From: Azolla caroliniana
Taxonomy: Eukaryota; Plantae; Polypodiophyta
NCBI GenBank assembly: GCA_043228905.1
Contig: JBHGNT010000012.1
Span: forward strand, 3,968,001 to 4,032,000
Direction of reading: 5' to 3'
Length of the DNA stretch: 64,000 bases
The notes under the pieces are model-generated. The model was not told the origin of the DNA. It searched no databases and was given only the letters and a program-made list of their open reading frames with translations. Shown here piece by piece: positions 52,470-64,000 of the stretch (positions are counted from its first letter, which is position 1; every line of letters starts with the position of its first letter). Position numbers and translations under genes: made by a program.

Positions 52470-55400
52470 AAAGGGCTATCAAGGCGTGGGGCCGCGATAG
52501 TCCGGATAACTGGAAAGCTCCCCACACCTGTAAAATAGGTAGGAAAGTTTTGTTCTCCGAAAACGGAGGATGTACCATAGTCAGCATCAGTGGCCGAGAA
52601 AGAAAATGGGCCGAGATACGCTTAAAGGCGTGCGGAGCCTTGAGCCGCTGCGAAGGAATTGGGGAAGCCGTGGAGGCGGTCTCGTTCGATGACACCCTGG
52701 GGGAAATCGGGAAGGTAGTCGAAGGAGGTCTAAGCGAAGACCAAGTCATACCGCTCAACTCGATCCACATGTATGAAGTCATTGCAGACTTCGAAAGAGG
52801 AACCCGAGCGCATCGGATCGCCCGAGTAGACACGAAATACCAAACTGTGGACCAGAAGGTGAATCCCGTCGTGGCTCCCTTGCCGGAGGGCAACTGGGAA
52901 CGAATAAAGGGGGTCGCTACCAACCCCAGCTTGCGGGATCCAGCTGGCATAGGGCACCGTTTCACCGGCAAAATGCTACGAGAGCTGAAGATCGGTGGGG
53001 GTGGTTTCCTGCTGTCGGCGGAAGAGGATTGGTTCAGAAGGATGCTCGAAGGGCACGAAAAGGCCTTCGCATTCTCACCAAGAGAGATCGGGTGCGTTGA
53101 CCCGACCATCGTCGAGCCAATGGTAATCTTTATGGTACCGCACGTACCATGGAGCCTCAAGCCAATCCAAGTACCGAGGGCTCACATGCCGATGCTGATG
53201 GAGCTCCTTAAACAAAAAGTAGAGTTGGGCATCCTCGAACTGTCGAGTGCCCCCTATTCTAACCGGTGGTTTATGGTACCGAAGAAGAACGGTACGTTGC
53301 GGTTCATCCAGGACTTACAACCGGTCAACAAAGTGACCATCCGCAATACGGGAGTCGGACCGTCGATCGATGAGTTCACGGAAGCCTTCGCTGGAAGGTC
53401 CATATACTCGGTCGGAGACCTTTACTCAGGATACAACCAATTCCAGCTGGCCGTGGAAAGCAGGGACATCACGACGATGCGAACCCCTCTCGATCTAGTT
53501 CGGATGTGCACCTTACCACAAGGAGGAACCAACTCGGTTGCACACATGGTGAATGCTATGAACAGAGTTCTGAGGGACTGCATTCCGGACATCAACATGC
53601 CTTTCCTGGACGATATCCCTATCAAGGAGTATCCGAAGGACACCAAGGATGAGTTGATCGGCGCTGACGGGTGTCGAAGGTTTGTCACGGACCACATTGC
53701 CGATTGCAAAAAGATACTACAGAGGCTCGAAGGCGCGCGACACGGCTTACCTTCTCGGGAGAGAAGTCGGCCTTCGGGCAACAAGAGATATTAGTGGTTG
53801 GCCACCTATGTGGGTCATACGGCCGGAAGCCATCGCCGATTAAGGTAGAGGCCATCTCGGCAATGAGGGAGGAGTGCGGATCCGTCACAGAGGTCCGGTG
53901 ATTCTTAGGCGCATGCGCCTTCTACCACATATGGATCCCTCACTACGCACACGTCGCCGAACTGCTCTACGGCCTGCTAAAGAAGAATAGGAGATTCGAA
54001 TGGGCAAATGAACATACGAAGGCGGTCCGAAGGCTAAAACGAATGTTGGCCGTGGCACCGGCTTTGCGCAAAGCGGAATACGCACCAAGTACTCTGGTCT
54101 ACATCACAGTGGACACCAGCCCGACTGGGATCGGATGGGTCGTGAATCAAGAGGACGAAGACGGCATGCGCTTCCCTATCCGGTTCGGTGCACCTTCAAG
54201 TGAATGACAGTGAGGATACGCCTAAGTCAAGTGCGAACTGTGGGGTATCGTTTCGGCGGTTAAGGTCGACAAAGACTACTTAATCGGGGGGGAAGTAATT
54301 ATAGAAACGGACTGCCTGCCGATTCTCAGTTTGTTCTCTAGATGCACGACCCCCGACCTGGCCATGCTCAGGTGGATTGCGTACATCAAGTCCTTGAACC
54401 CAAAGATACGACAGATCTCGGGTAAAGACAACGCCATGGCCGACATGCTTTCTAGAACACGATTCGAGGACGAGGATGGCATGGTATCGGAGAACGAAGA
54501 AGTCGGCACAAACTTCTTCAAATCGGCAAGGATGAATTTAAAAAGACGAACCACTCTACCAGTGAATGAATTCGACGAAGATGGCTACGACAGAGAATGG
54601 CTTCTAATTAGGAAGTTTCTGAAGACAATGACGACGGACATCTCAATAACTAGGGAGGAGGTTGGACAGCTCCGGAAGAAGGCGTACAGATATTTCCTAC
54701 GAAACGGGAAAATCTGGAGGGTCCCAAAAAGGTGAAACGACGCGCCGCTCCGACTAATAGCGCGGGCGGATGATCAAGAGAAGCTAATATTGGAGTTCCA
54801 CGAGAGCCCTTGGTCTGGACACCGGGGTACATGGGCTACATTCGAGAAGTTAAAGGAAAAATACGGGTGGCCAAGCATGTACAAGAGCGTGCACAACTTC
54901 GTGTCTACTTGCGAAAGCGGCCAGATGCACTCGGTGGTTCGGCACCGCAACAAACTTCACCCGACTTATCGTCCGACTGTGCAGTTCAAGTGGATAGTTG
55001 ACTTAGTTACGATGCCGATGGGCGAAGGGCAGAAGCGATACCTAGTGCTGGCTAGAGATGACCTAACCAACCAGATAGAGGGACGAGCACTAACGAACAA
55101 GACCACCGTGGCAGTATGTAAATTTCTGATCGAGGATTTCATATGCCGATACGGTTGCGTGGGGAAAATCGTGGTTGACCGAGGTGAGCTAGATGCGAAA
55201 GAGGCCGAGAAACTGTTCGACCCTCACAACGTCGTACAACCCGGAGGCAAATGGAAATATTGAACAGGGCCACGGTCCGATCGTAAAGGCCATTGTACGC
55301 GCATGCGAAGGTCGAGTCGGCAACTAGCCGAGGTTGCTCCCACATGCGTTGTGCGCGGACAGGACCACCCACAGTTTGGTGACAGGGTACATGCCGGCGG

Positions 55401-55891
55401 AACTAATGTACGGACAGAAACCCATCATGCCAGTTGAGAGAACGATCACCTCATGGACGGCAATCGATTGGTCTAACGAAATGAGCAGAGAAGAGTTGCT
55501 AGCAGCACGAATCTGGCAACTCAAGCGAAGACCGGAAGACGTGGAACGAGCCACGGCAAAGGTGAAAGAAGCGCGGATCCGAAACAAAGCCCGGTTCGAC
55601 CGAACGCATTGACTTCGGCCAAGGAAGATCGAGGAAGGTGATTGGGTGTTAATCTATGACAGCAACCTCGACAACCAGCATAGGTCTACACGCAAGTTTG
55701 CGAAGCATTGGTTCGGACCATACATGGTAAATAGCGTCAACAACAACATGATGTATCATCTCACGGAGCTCGAGGGGACGCAGATAACAACTCCGGTGGC
55801 TGGGAAGCGGATAAAAGCCTTCAAGAGACGGAACAAAGCAGAACGAAACCCGGGAGCCAAAAGCGCTAGTTCAGGGGAGGATGACGAGTAA
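52460..55891 (+). pseudogene. pol: RT-RNase H-integrase ORF2 of element D (-1 frame)
   Basis: 414-aa open RT segment 52550-53794 (PFLDDIPIK), then RH and INT fragments. Confidence 0.92.
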
Positions 55892-58800
55892 CTGATGGCC
55901 CGGAATCCCTCACTAAATTCGCAATCCGGCACATACCGGAGGATGTGCGGTTTAATGCGGGTGGATGTCATGAAGATTTCGGGCCATATGCGGGAAACAA
56001 GGTGAAACGCGTAGGGACACCGGTGTACGTGAGTGCACGCCTCGAGGGAATTAAATAGGACAAGTACTAGGCATGAGTATAAGGAGGAGTACTAGGTAGT
56101 TAGAGCATTAAAGAAGATATAGACATCGCATAAGTAGGGAGACTTATGAGGAGAGTAAATTAGGGGAGAGAATCTAGGACGAAAAGTGACGGGTCATGAA
56201 TACTTGTAACGGTCGCTCCTTGTGCTATAAAAGGGGCGACCTTTGACTATCTTCGGCATGCCATCGAGAGAAAAGGATATACAGAGAAGGGTCGACGACT
56301 GATCCCGGAAGAAGGTGATTCCCCTGCTCGCGTCAGACGCCCGAGTGCTCCCGACCTGGGGATCAACCTTCTGCGCACCGACGACTCTTTGTATCTAGCT
56401 TTTACGAAGCTCTATGCTCCATCGCCAGCTTTGATCCGGTTGTATTCACCTGCAGCACCATGCACTTGCATTGTTTAATAGAAACCCTTTTCTTCTAACA
56501 CACATCCTGCCTAGTGTCTTTGCCTAGTGTCTTTGACCATGTCTGCATCCACGCATGACTCTCTTACTCTCTCCTGAGCGCTATCCTTACCTGTTTTCCC
56601 GTGGTCCCAAGACCTACGCAGTCTCTAAACTCCCCCCTCCTCGTTTTCTTGATTCCTTGGTTCAAGACCCCCGTGGTCCTGCCCGACTTCTACGCATCCG
56701 CGAGGATAACCTCGGCAACGGCATTTACGCATGTGCACTCAAACCAACACACTGTACATAATTAGGAATAGGCCGGCAGGATGTGTATATCCTAGGGAGA
56801 ATATATTAATAGGCTAGTAAATCGAAGTAGATCTCTGTCCAGAGGGACAGAGAATAAAGATGATGTGACCCGGATGTAACAGTCCTTCCTCGGCGGCCTA
56901 TAAAAAGGGAAGGGGAGACGGCTAAAAAGGGGTATCGCGTTTTTGTGAGGACGAGGTGTTGCCAAACTAGGAACCGAGCTCTCTCCTCATTTATCGATGT
57001 TCACTATAGGGTTGGGTTGGTTGCCTTTGCTTCGAGGGAAGCCTGAGTGCTTCCGGTAGAGGCTCCACTGTGTGCGTGCGTGGGTGTGTGGTCGCCTGTG
57101 TTGGGTCTGTTGCCGGTTTGCTGGTTGTAATCTTGCAAACGTTGTAATCTTTCTTATTATTAGTTTCGATGCTCCTGTTTCCCATCTCCCTGTGTTCTAC
57201 GAGTCTCTTGGTACGCCGACCGGTGAGTGTGCATCTTGACCGATCAGTGTATGCGTTCGCCGATAAGTGATGTTGGTTGTAATTAGGCCTATCCGACTCT
57301 ATACTCGCGTGCTTCTTGCTCCCTCTTCTTTCTCTTGCTCCTCGGTTCAGGGCCCCCGTGGTCCTGCCTTATTTTCCTACACGTGAGCAGAACAACACGA
57401 CATAAATTTGGTGAACCTGACGTGAAACAAGGCGGCAGAGGAGTCAAAGATGAGGGGATCAGAGCTCGCCGAAGCCATGGCGGCAACAATCGATCTGATA
57501 GTAAGTGCTCACGAGGGCACAGGTGCCTCGACAGGGCCATTGCAGCAATTGTCGGCACAATAGGGCGGTTTGGTGGGAAGGATGCCACGAGCTATTTGGA
57601 GGCCTACCGAGCCAAGATGGTTATGAGGGACATTTCGGAGGATAAGCGTCTGGTTTGGTTCCCTCTTGTGGCGACACCGGGCATCCATGCAGAGGTGCTC
57701 GAGGTAGAGACTAGATGTCGGACCTGGGGAGAATTCGAAGCACGGCTCCTCGAAAGGTACATGTTTGATGACGCGCTTCGGTTATTGAAGCGGGACTTCA
57801 TGGAGGAATGCATCGGTGTTGCTCCGGGAGTTCGAAGAACGCTTCCCACGACTCTCGGCACTGGACAAGACCATGCTAGACACGAGTTGTGCCCTGTTGT
57901 TCGTCAAAGCGGTGGACGTGCGGGATCGGGATCAAGTGGGTCTCCTACTGGAGACAGATGATGGGCTGACGACCGACTGGGCCACGGTCAAAAGAGTCTC
58001 CAGCCATTTCGACAAGCGGTGTGAGTGGGGTGACGAGGGATCGTCGGCGGCGAAACCCGTCCCAACAAGGAAGTTCGACGAGCCTTCATCGGCACGAAAG
58101 GAGGAAACTCGGGATTGGCTTGAGACGGGATCGACCTCAACCGGCGTGGTCAAGAGCCCATCCGGAGGAGTGGCTTTGGAAGAGTTGACACATATGGTGC
58201 GCGATCTAGACAGCGGCGAACAATCCCGCGACCGGAGGCCTTCGGTTGGGCAGCGGTGCATATGGTGCAATGTAGTTAGCTACGCCTAGAAAGAGTGCGC
58301 AGATTTTGCAAACGCTCTTAGAAGCAATGTGGTGTACTTGTGGAATGGGCGGGTGCACAACAGCGATACCCGGAGACCCCTAGAGATGAATTTCGGGCGC
58401 GGAAGAATGAAGAGGTTGATGGAAGAAGCAGCAGCGCGTCATGCAGAGGCCGTCCACTATTCGGCGTCGGCCAGAATCCGGGCCGGATGCAACGAGGGCC
58501 GAAAGACGGAAGACTCCAGGTTCTGGTCGTTGGTGATAGAAGGCCTCACCGGCGTACGGTTGAGGAAGGAGGAAGCGGACGGTGTGGAGAGGCGAATCCG
58601 AGAGGTTACCGAGTGGGACGACCCGGTAGAGGAGAAGACTGGCTTCGTGGAGGCCATGTGCCAGAACTACAAGGTTCTGGTGGATGACAAGAAGGCAGGG
58701 AAGGCCGGTGGAACCGCAACCCCGAATCAGTAGGAGACTCGGTTCGGGCCGAAGAAGAAGGATGTCGGCAATCCCGGCATGGCGGACAAAACAAAGCCGA

Positions 58801-59961
58801 CTAGTTATCGGATGGGCACCGAAATAGAAAGGACGACGGACCTACGGAAGGTCCTCGAGGAGCGGATTCTTGACAGCAAGGTGGAGTTGTCGTTGAGGGA
58901 GGTGCTTGGGATCGCCAAGAGGGAGTTCCACGATTCCATCGTGGACATGGTGAAGCATAAACGGCTCTCGACGGAGCCGGAGCCGGAGAAGCCGGTGGAG
59001 ATGCGAACGACGCACCTGGAGGATGTGGCCATGGAAGAAGAGTTGGCGGAGAGCCACTATTCGAAGTTGCGTTGGGCAAGGGCTACTACGGAAACCCCCA
59101 TTCAGGTTGGGGACGTCCAGGAGCCGGCAGTGGTGTTGATCGACCACGGCTCGGAGATCAACCTGATTTCTATGGATTCTATAAGAAAGGGAAGTGGTCG
59201 ATCAACACCAAGCACAGGTGGAAGATACGCGCGGCAACATGCGCCACGGAGGAGCTGCACGGGGCCTGCCCGAATGTACGTGTAAAAATCGGCGATGTCA
59301 AGATTGATCAGCACTTCTTCGTGCAAGAGACATCCTCGCACTCAGTGATACTCGGCAAACCGTACATTACGGCGGCACGCATGGAGACAAAAGTGATGGA
59401 TAACGGTTCAACGTACACACGCGTGAAAAGCCAGGATGGGCGACACTCCATCCAATTTCTGACAGTGCGACCGAACCATGAGCATAACCACGAGACCCTT
59501 GGCGGAGACAACCTAGGGGATTTTTAGATAGGGCTATCAAGGCATGGGGTCGTGATAGTCTGGGCACTCCAGCAGAAACGGGGTTGCGTCGGACCCAAGT
59601 TTATGGAATCCGGTCGGCATAGGACACCGGTTCACCGACTTAACGCTACGGGAGCTGAAGGTCGGTGTGGGTGGCTTCCTACTACTGGCGGAGGAGGAGA
59701 CGTTTCGGAGAATGCTCGGAAGGCACGGGAAGGCCTTCGCATTCGCACCGGGGCAGATCGGGTGCGTACACCCAACGATCGTGGAACCAATGGTGATCTT
59801 CACAGTACCGCATGTGCCATGGAACTCAAGCCAATTCTGGTACCCAGAGCTCACATCCTAAGGTTGATGGAGCTGTTGAAGCAGAAGGTGGAGATGGGCA
59901 TCCTTGAGCCGTCGAGTGCCCCATATTCGAATCGGTGGTTTACTATGCCGAAGAAGAACGT

Positions 59962-60575
59962 TGTCGTGTCGTTACACTCACGTGTATGGAATAAGGCGGG
60001 ACCGTGAGAGAGAAGAGGAAGAGAGGTTCGCAGAAACACGGAGAGACAGAAACGAAAGAATCAATTCCAATAATAGTATAGATTACAGAGCTTGCAATGT
60101 TACAACCGGCAAGCCGGTGATAGACTCAACACTGACGAACACGCACGATGAAGTACGTGGTGGATCCTTTACCGGAAGCACGTGGGCTTTCACGCGGCAG
60201 AGGTAGCCAACCTGACCCAAAATCCCTACTGTAAAAACAACAACGATGGTGTAGGAGAGAGCTCGGTTCCCAGTCCGACAGCACTTCGTCCTCACATAAA
60301 CGCGTGATCCCCCACTCATCCCTTTTTCTCTCCTTTTATAGCACAACGAGAGAGAGAGAGAGACGTTACAGACTGTTACATCACTTTTATTCTTTATCCT
60401 AGCAGACAAAGATCCTCTTCGATTCCCTACCTAAATGCATTCATGCTACCTAGGATAATTACATCGCCTGCCTGTTCTTAACTATGTGCATACATCAAAA
60501 CATGTGCTCGTGTGTAAGGGCCGGTTTACGCACACTATCCACTGATTCCTCCTAGGGATGGTTTTCTCCACGACA
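59962..60575 (-). mobile_element. LTR (same family as the LTR of G), inverted, left inversion breakpoint
   Basis: Reverse complement of 62749-63373 (TGTCGTGGAGAAAAC...GACACGACA). Confidence 0.92.
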
Positions 60576-62748
60576 ACATCCCCCATGTCCCGCGATGTCG
60601 AGACCAGGGACTCTCGTGGTACGCCCCTAGCAACCCCTCTTGGTCTGCCTTTCCTGCCACTACGTGGAGTGGGATGCCGCCTCGCTTCTTTGGGTGCCTC
60701 CATATGCTCATGTCCCGTAGGAAGAAACGGTACGCCTTCTTCCGCATCTGGTTAGCCTCTTCCCTTGTCCATGCCGTGTTCAGCGCCATTGTTTTCAGGA
60801 ACCTGCCGATCTGGAGCCACTCCCCGTCGCACTCCCCCTCGTTGAACTTGTTAAGTGCTAGAGTGCTCCCTGCCCTTGTCGTCACGTAAGCCGACTCGAA
60901 GAAGTCTACGCCGACTTCTTCATTCACCGAAACGATGCCGTCCTCATCGTCGAACCGTGCTCTAGAAAGCATGCCGGCCATGGTGTTGTCTTTACCGGAG
61001 ATGGGTCGTATCTCCGGGTTCAGAGACTTAATGTACGTGATCCACCAGAGCATTGCCAGGTCTGGCGTCACGCATCCTGAAACCATACCAAGGATCGGTA
61101 GGCAGTCCGTCTCGATTATCACCTCCGTCCCGATCAAGTAGTCTTTATTGGACTTGACTACCGAAACGATACCCCAAAGTTCGCGTTTGACTTGGGTGTA
61201 TCCTTGCTGCCACTCACTCTGCACCTTCGCTCCGAACCGGATGGGGAACCTCGTGCCGATCTCGTCCTCCTGGTTGACCGCCCATCCTATCCCGGTTGGG
61301 CTCATGTCTACCGTTGTCGCATTGTTACGCGCGTACGTGTAGAAAGGGGCGGGACCACGGGGGTCTTGGACCGAGGAGCGAGAGAGCGAAATACAAAGAG
61401 AGAGAGAATTATTCACCGACACGTAGAAGCGAGGAAGAGAGAAACGAGACGTAACAGTTAATTATAATGACAGTTACAACCGACAAGGCGACGACGGACC
61501 CGACACGGGGACCCTACTCACGCACCCCGACGATAGTCACCCGACTCCAAGAAACAAAGGGAAAAGGGTGCAACTCTGTAGGAAGCACACGGGCTGTCCA
61601 CGAAGCAGAGGCAGCGCACTCCCACAGGCGGCGACGGACCCACAGAGAACGACGACTCGAGGAGTAGAGAGAGAGCTCGGCTTTTCTTCTGCAGTAGCCC
61701 TCGCCCCCCCTCCTTCTCCCTCGCGTGCGATCCCCATTTTTCTCTTCTCTTCTTCCTTTTATTCCCTGTCCCCTCTCTCGGATACACACAATCCCCTCTA
61801 ATAAATGCGTGTGGGATAGTAGTCACATCCATCGGTTCGTGTACAAAGTATACAGTCACGCATCCATCCATGTAGGGGCCGGTCCGCGCGCTTTCTCTCC
61901 GATTCCGCCTATGGCCGGTTTTCTTCACGACACCGTAATGTAAATTGGGATGTCCTTGCCGTACACCGCTTTCCAGAGTGCTGGTGCCGCGGTCAGTACC
62001 TCCTTCAGTCTTCGAACCGACTCTGCCTGCTCGTCGCCCCACTCAAATTTACGTCCCTTCTTCAGCAACCCGTAAAGTAGCTCCGCGACGTGTACATAAT
62101 GCGGAATCCAGATATGGTAGAACGCGCACGTGCCTAGGAACCTTTGCACCTCCGTAACCGACTTGCATTCTTCTTTCATTGCGGAGATGGCTTCTACTTT
62201 TATCGTAGACAGCTCCCAACCATAAGGCCCGCACAAGTGCCCGACCACTAGGATCTCCGATTGCTCGACAGCTGATTTCTCTCCGGAGAAGGTGAGTCAC
62301 GCGTCCTCAAGTCTTTGAAGCACCTTCTCGTAGTCGCCGGTGTGGTCCACTTCGAATCTTTGGCATTCATCCAGCCCAACCATTTCGTCCTTCTCTTCCA
62401 TCGGACACCCCTTTATCGGGATGTCGTCTAAGAACGGCATGGTGATGTCCGGGATGCAGTACCTCAGCACCTTGTTCATCGCATTCACCATGTGTGCCAC
62501 TGAGTTGGTCCCTCCTTGTGGTAGGGTACACATCCGCACTAGTCCGAGAGGAGTCCACATCATCATGATATCCCTGCTCTCCATGGCTAGTTGGAACTGA
62601 TCGTATCCTGAGTATAGATCATCGACCGAATTGATCAACCTTCCAGCGAAGGCCTCCGCAAACTCGTCAATGGTCGGTCCGACACCTGCGTTCTGAATGG
62701 TCACCTTGTTGACCAGCTGTAGGTCCTGAATAAAGCGCAACGTGTCAT
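60576..62748 (-). pseudogene. pol: Inverted RT-RNase H-integrase N-terminal segment of element E
   Basis: RFIQDLQLVNKVTIQNAG, PFLDDIPIKG, TVDMSPTGIG and HESPWSRHRGTW on the minus strand. Confidence 0.9.
61315..61932 (-). mobile_element. Solo LTR related to the LTR of element A
   Basis: Minus strand TGTCGTGAAGAAAACCGGCC...ACAATGCGACA; perfect 4-bp TSD CCGT; splits the RNase H motif ITV/DMS. Confidence 0.92.
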
Positions 62749-64000
62749 TGTCGTGGAGAAAACTGTCCCTAGGAAGAATCGGTGCATAGTGTGCATAAAC
62801 CGACCCTTACACACGAGCACATGTTTTGATGTATGCACATAGTTAAGAACAGGAAGGCGATGTAATTATCCTCAGTTGCACGAATGCATTTAGGTAGGGA
62901 ATCAAAGAGGATCTTTGTCTGCTAGGACAGAGAATAAAAGTGATGTAACAGTCTGTAACGTCTCTCTCTCCTTGTGTTATAAAAGGAGAGAAAAAGGGCT
63001 GAGTGGGGGATTGTGCGTTTATGTCAGGATGAAGTGTTGTCGGACTAGGAACCGAGCTCTCTCCTCCACCATCGTTGTTGTTTCTGTAGGGATTTTGGGT
63101 TAGGTTGGCTGCCTCTACTGGGTGAAAGCCCGCATGCTTCCGGTAGAGGCTCCACCACATACTTCAGCGCGCGTGTTCGTCTGTGTTGAGTCTGTCACCA
63201 GCTTGCCGGTTGTAACATTGCAAGCTCTAGAATCTATACTATTATTGGAAATGATTCTTTCGTTTTTGTCTCTTTGTGTTTATGCGAACCTCTCTTCCTC
63301 TTCTCTCTCGCGCTCGGTTTAGGGCTCATGCGGTCCCGCCTTATTCCATACGTGTGAGCGTAACGACACGACATCAATTTGGTGAACCTGACGTGAAGCA
63401 AGGCGGTAGAGGAATCGAAAATGAGGGGATCAGAGCTCGCCGAAGCCATGGTGGCAGCAGTCGATCGGATAGTAAGTGCTCGCGAGGGCACGGGCGCCCT
63501 CGACAGGGCCATTGAAGTAATTCTCGACACAATAGGCTGGTTCGATGGGAAGGACACCATGAGTTATTTGATGGCCTACTGGGCCGAAATGGTGATGAGG
63601 GACATTCTGGAGGAGAGGCGTCTGGTTGGGTTTCCCCAGGTAGCGACACCAGGCATCCACACAGAGGTGTTCGAGGTGCAGGTTGGATGCCTGACTTGGG
63701 GAAAATTCGAAGCGCGGCTCCTCAAGCGGTACGGGCTTGATGATACGCTTCGGTTATTGAAGCGGGACTTTATGGATTGGGTAGAGAGCCCAAGAAAGGG
63801 GAGGAATGCGTCAGCGCTCCTCTGGGAGTTCGAGGAACGCTTTGCACGTCTTTCGGCACTATACAAGACCGTGTTGCACACGAGCCGTGTCCTTTTATTC
63901 GTCAAAGTTGTGGACGTGTGGGATCGGGAGCAAGTGGGTCTCTTGCTGGAGACGGACGATGGACTGACGGCCGACTGGGCCGTGATAAAAGGGATCTGCA
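62749..64000 (+). mobile_element. Element G: 5' LTR, PBS and decayed gag start of another tRNA-Trp Gypsy; continues beyond the window
   Basis: LTR 62749-63373, PBS TGGTGAACCTGACGTGA at 63380, ATGAGGGGATCAGAGCTCGCC (MRGSELA) at 63421. Confidence 0.92.

Larger units (their letters stand above)
49559..56717 (+). mobile_element. Element D: full-length decayed tRNA-Trp Gypsy inserted in the 5' LTR of E
   Basis: 752-bp LTRs 49559-50310 and 55966-56717, PBS 50315-50331, flanks ACAA/ACGG. Confidence 0.93.
49504..62748 (+). mobile_element. Element E: autonomous-type tRNA-Trp Gypsy; 5' LTR split by D, pol partly inverted, 3' end outside the window
   Basis: 5' LTR 49504-49558 plus 56722-57402, PBS at 57409, gag-PR 57450-59527, RT start to 59961 (WFTMPKKN); the continuation TLRFIQDLQ lies on the minus strand, 62748-60576. 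Confidence 0.85.

Overview
This window is eukaryotic, almost certainly heterochromatin from a non-seed land plant (bryophyte, lycophyte or fern; inferred from the TE lineages present). I found no host gene. It is a pile of nested, mostly decayed retrotransposons: three copies of one tRNA-Met-primed Ty1/Copia family, two Tcn1-like chromodomain Ty3/Gypsy elements (5-bp TSDs), two LINE remnants, a hAT MITE, a small Tat-like element carrying only an antisense ORF, tandem repeats and several solo LTRs. The right half (31.2-64 kb) is a deep nest of a GC-rich, tRNA-Trp-primed, non-chromovirus Gypsy group with four autonomous-type copies, two Gag-only non-autonomous partners and solo LTRs. The strongest unexpected signal is that the 12 insertions of this group and related LTRs that I could delimit sit in a 4-bp target with a central CpG (NCGN or a deaminated form), suggesting CpG-directed integration. 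Other notable structure: two distinct -1 frameshift/pseudoknot signals, antisense tRNA-like Pol III cassettes in several LTRs, probable self-priming in the Tcn1-like elements, TATA boxes in hairpin loops, and an LTR-mediated inversion. All boundaries were read by eye and no database searches were run.
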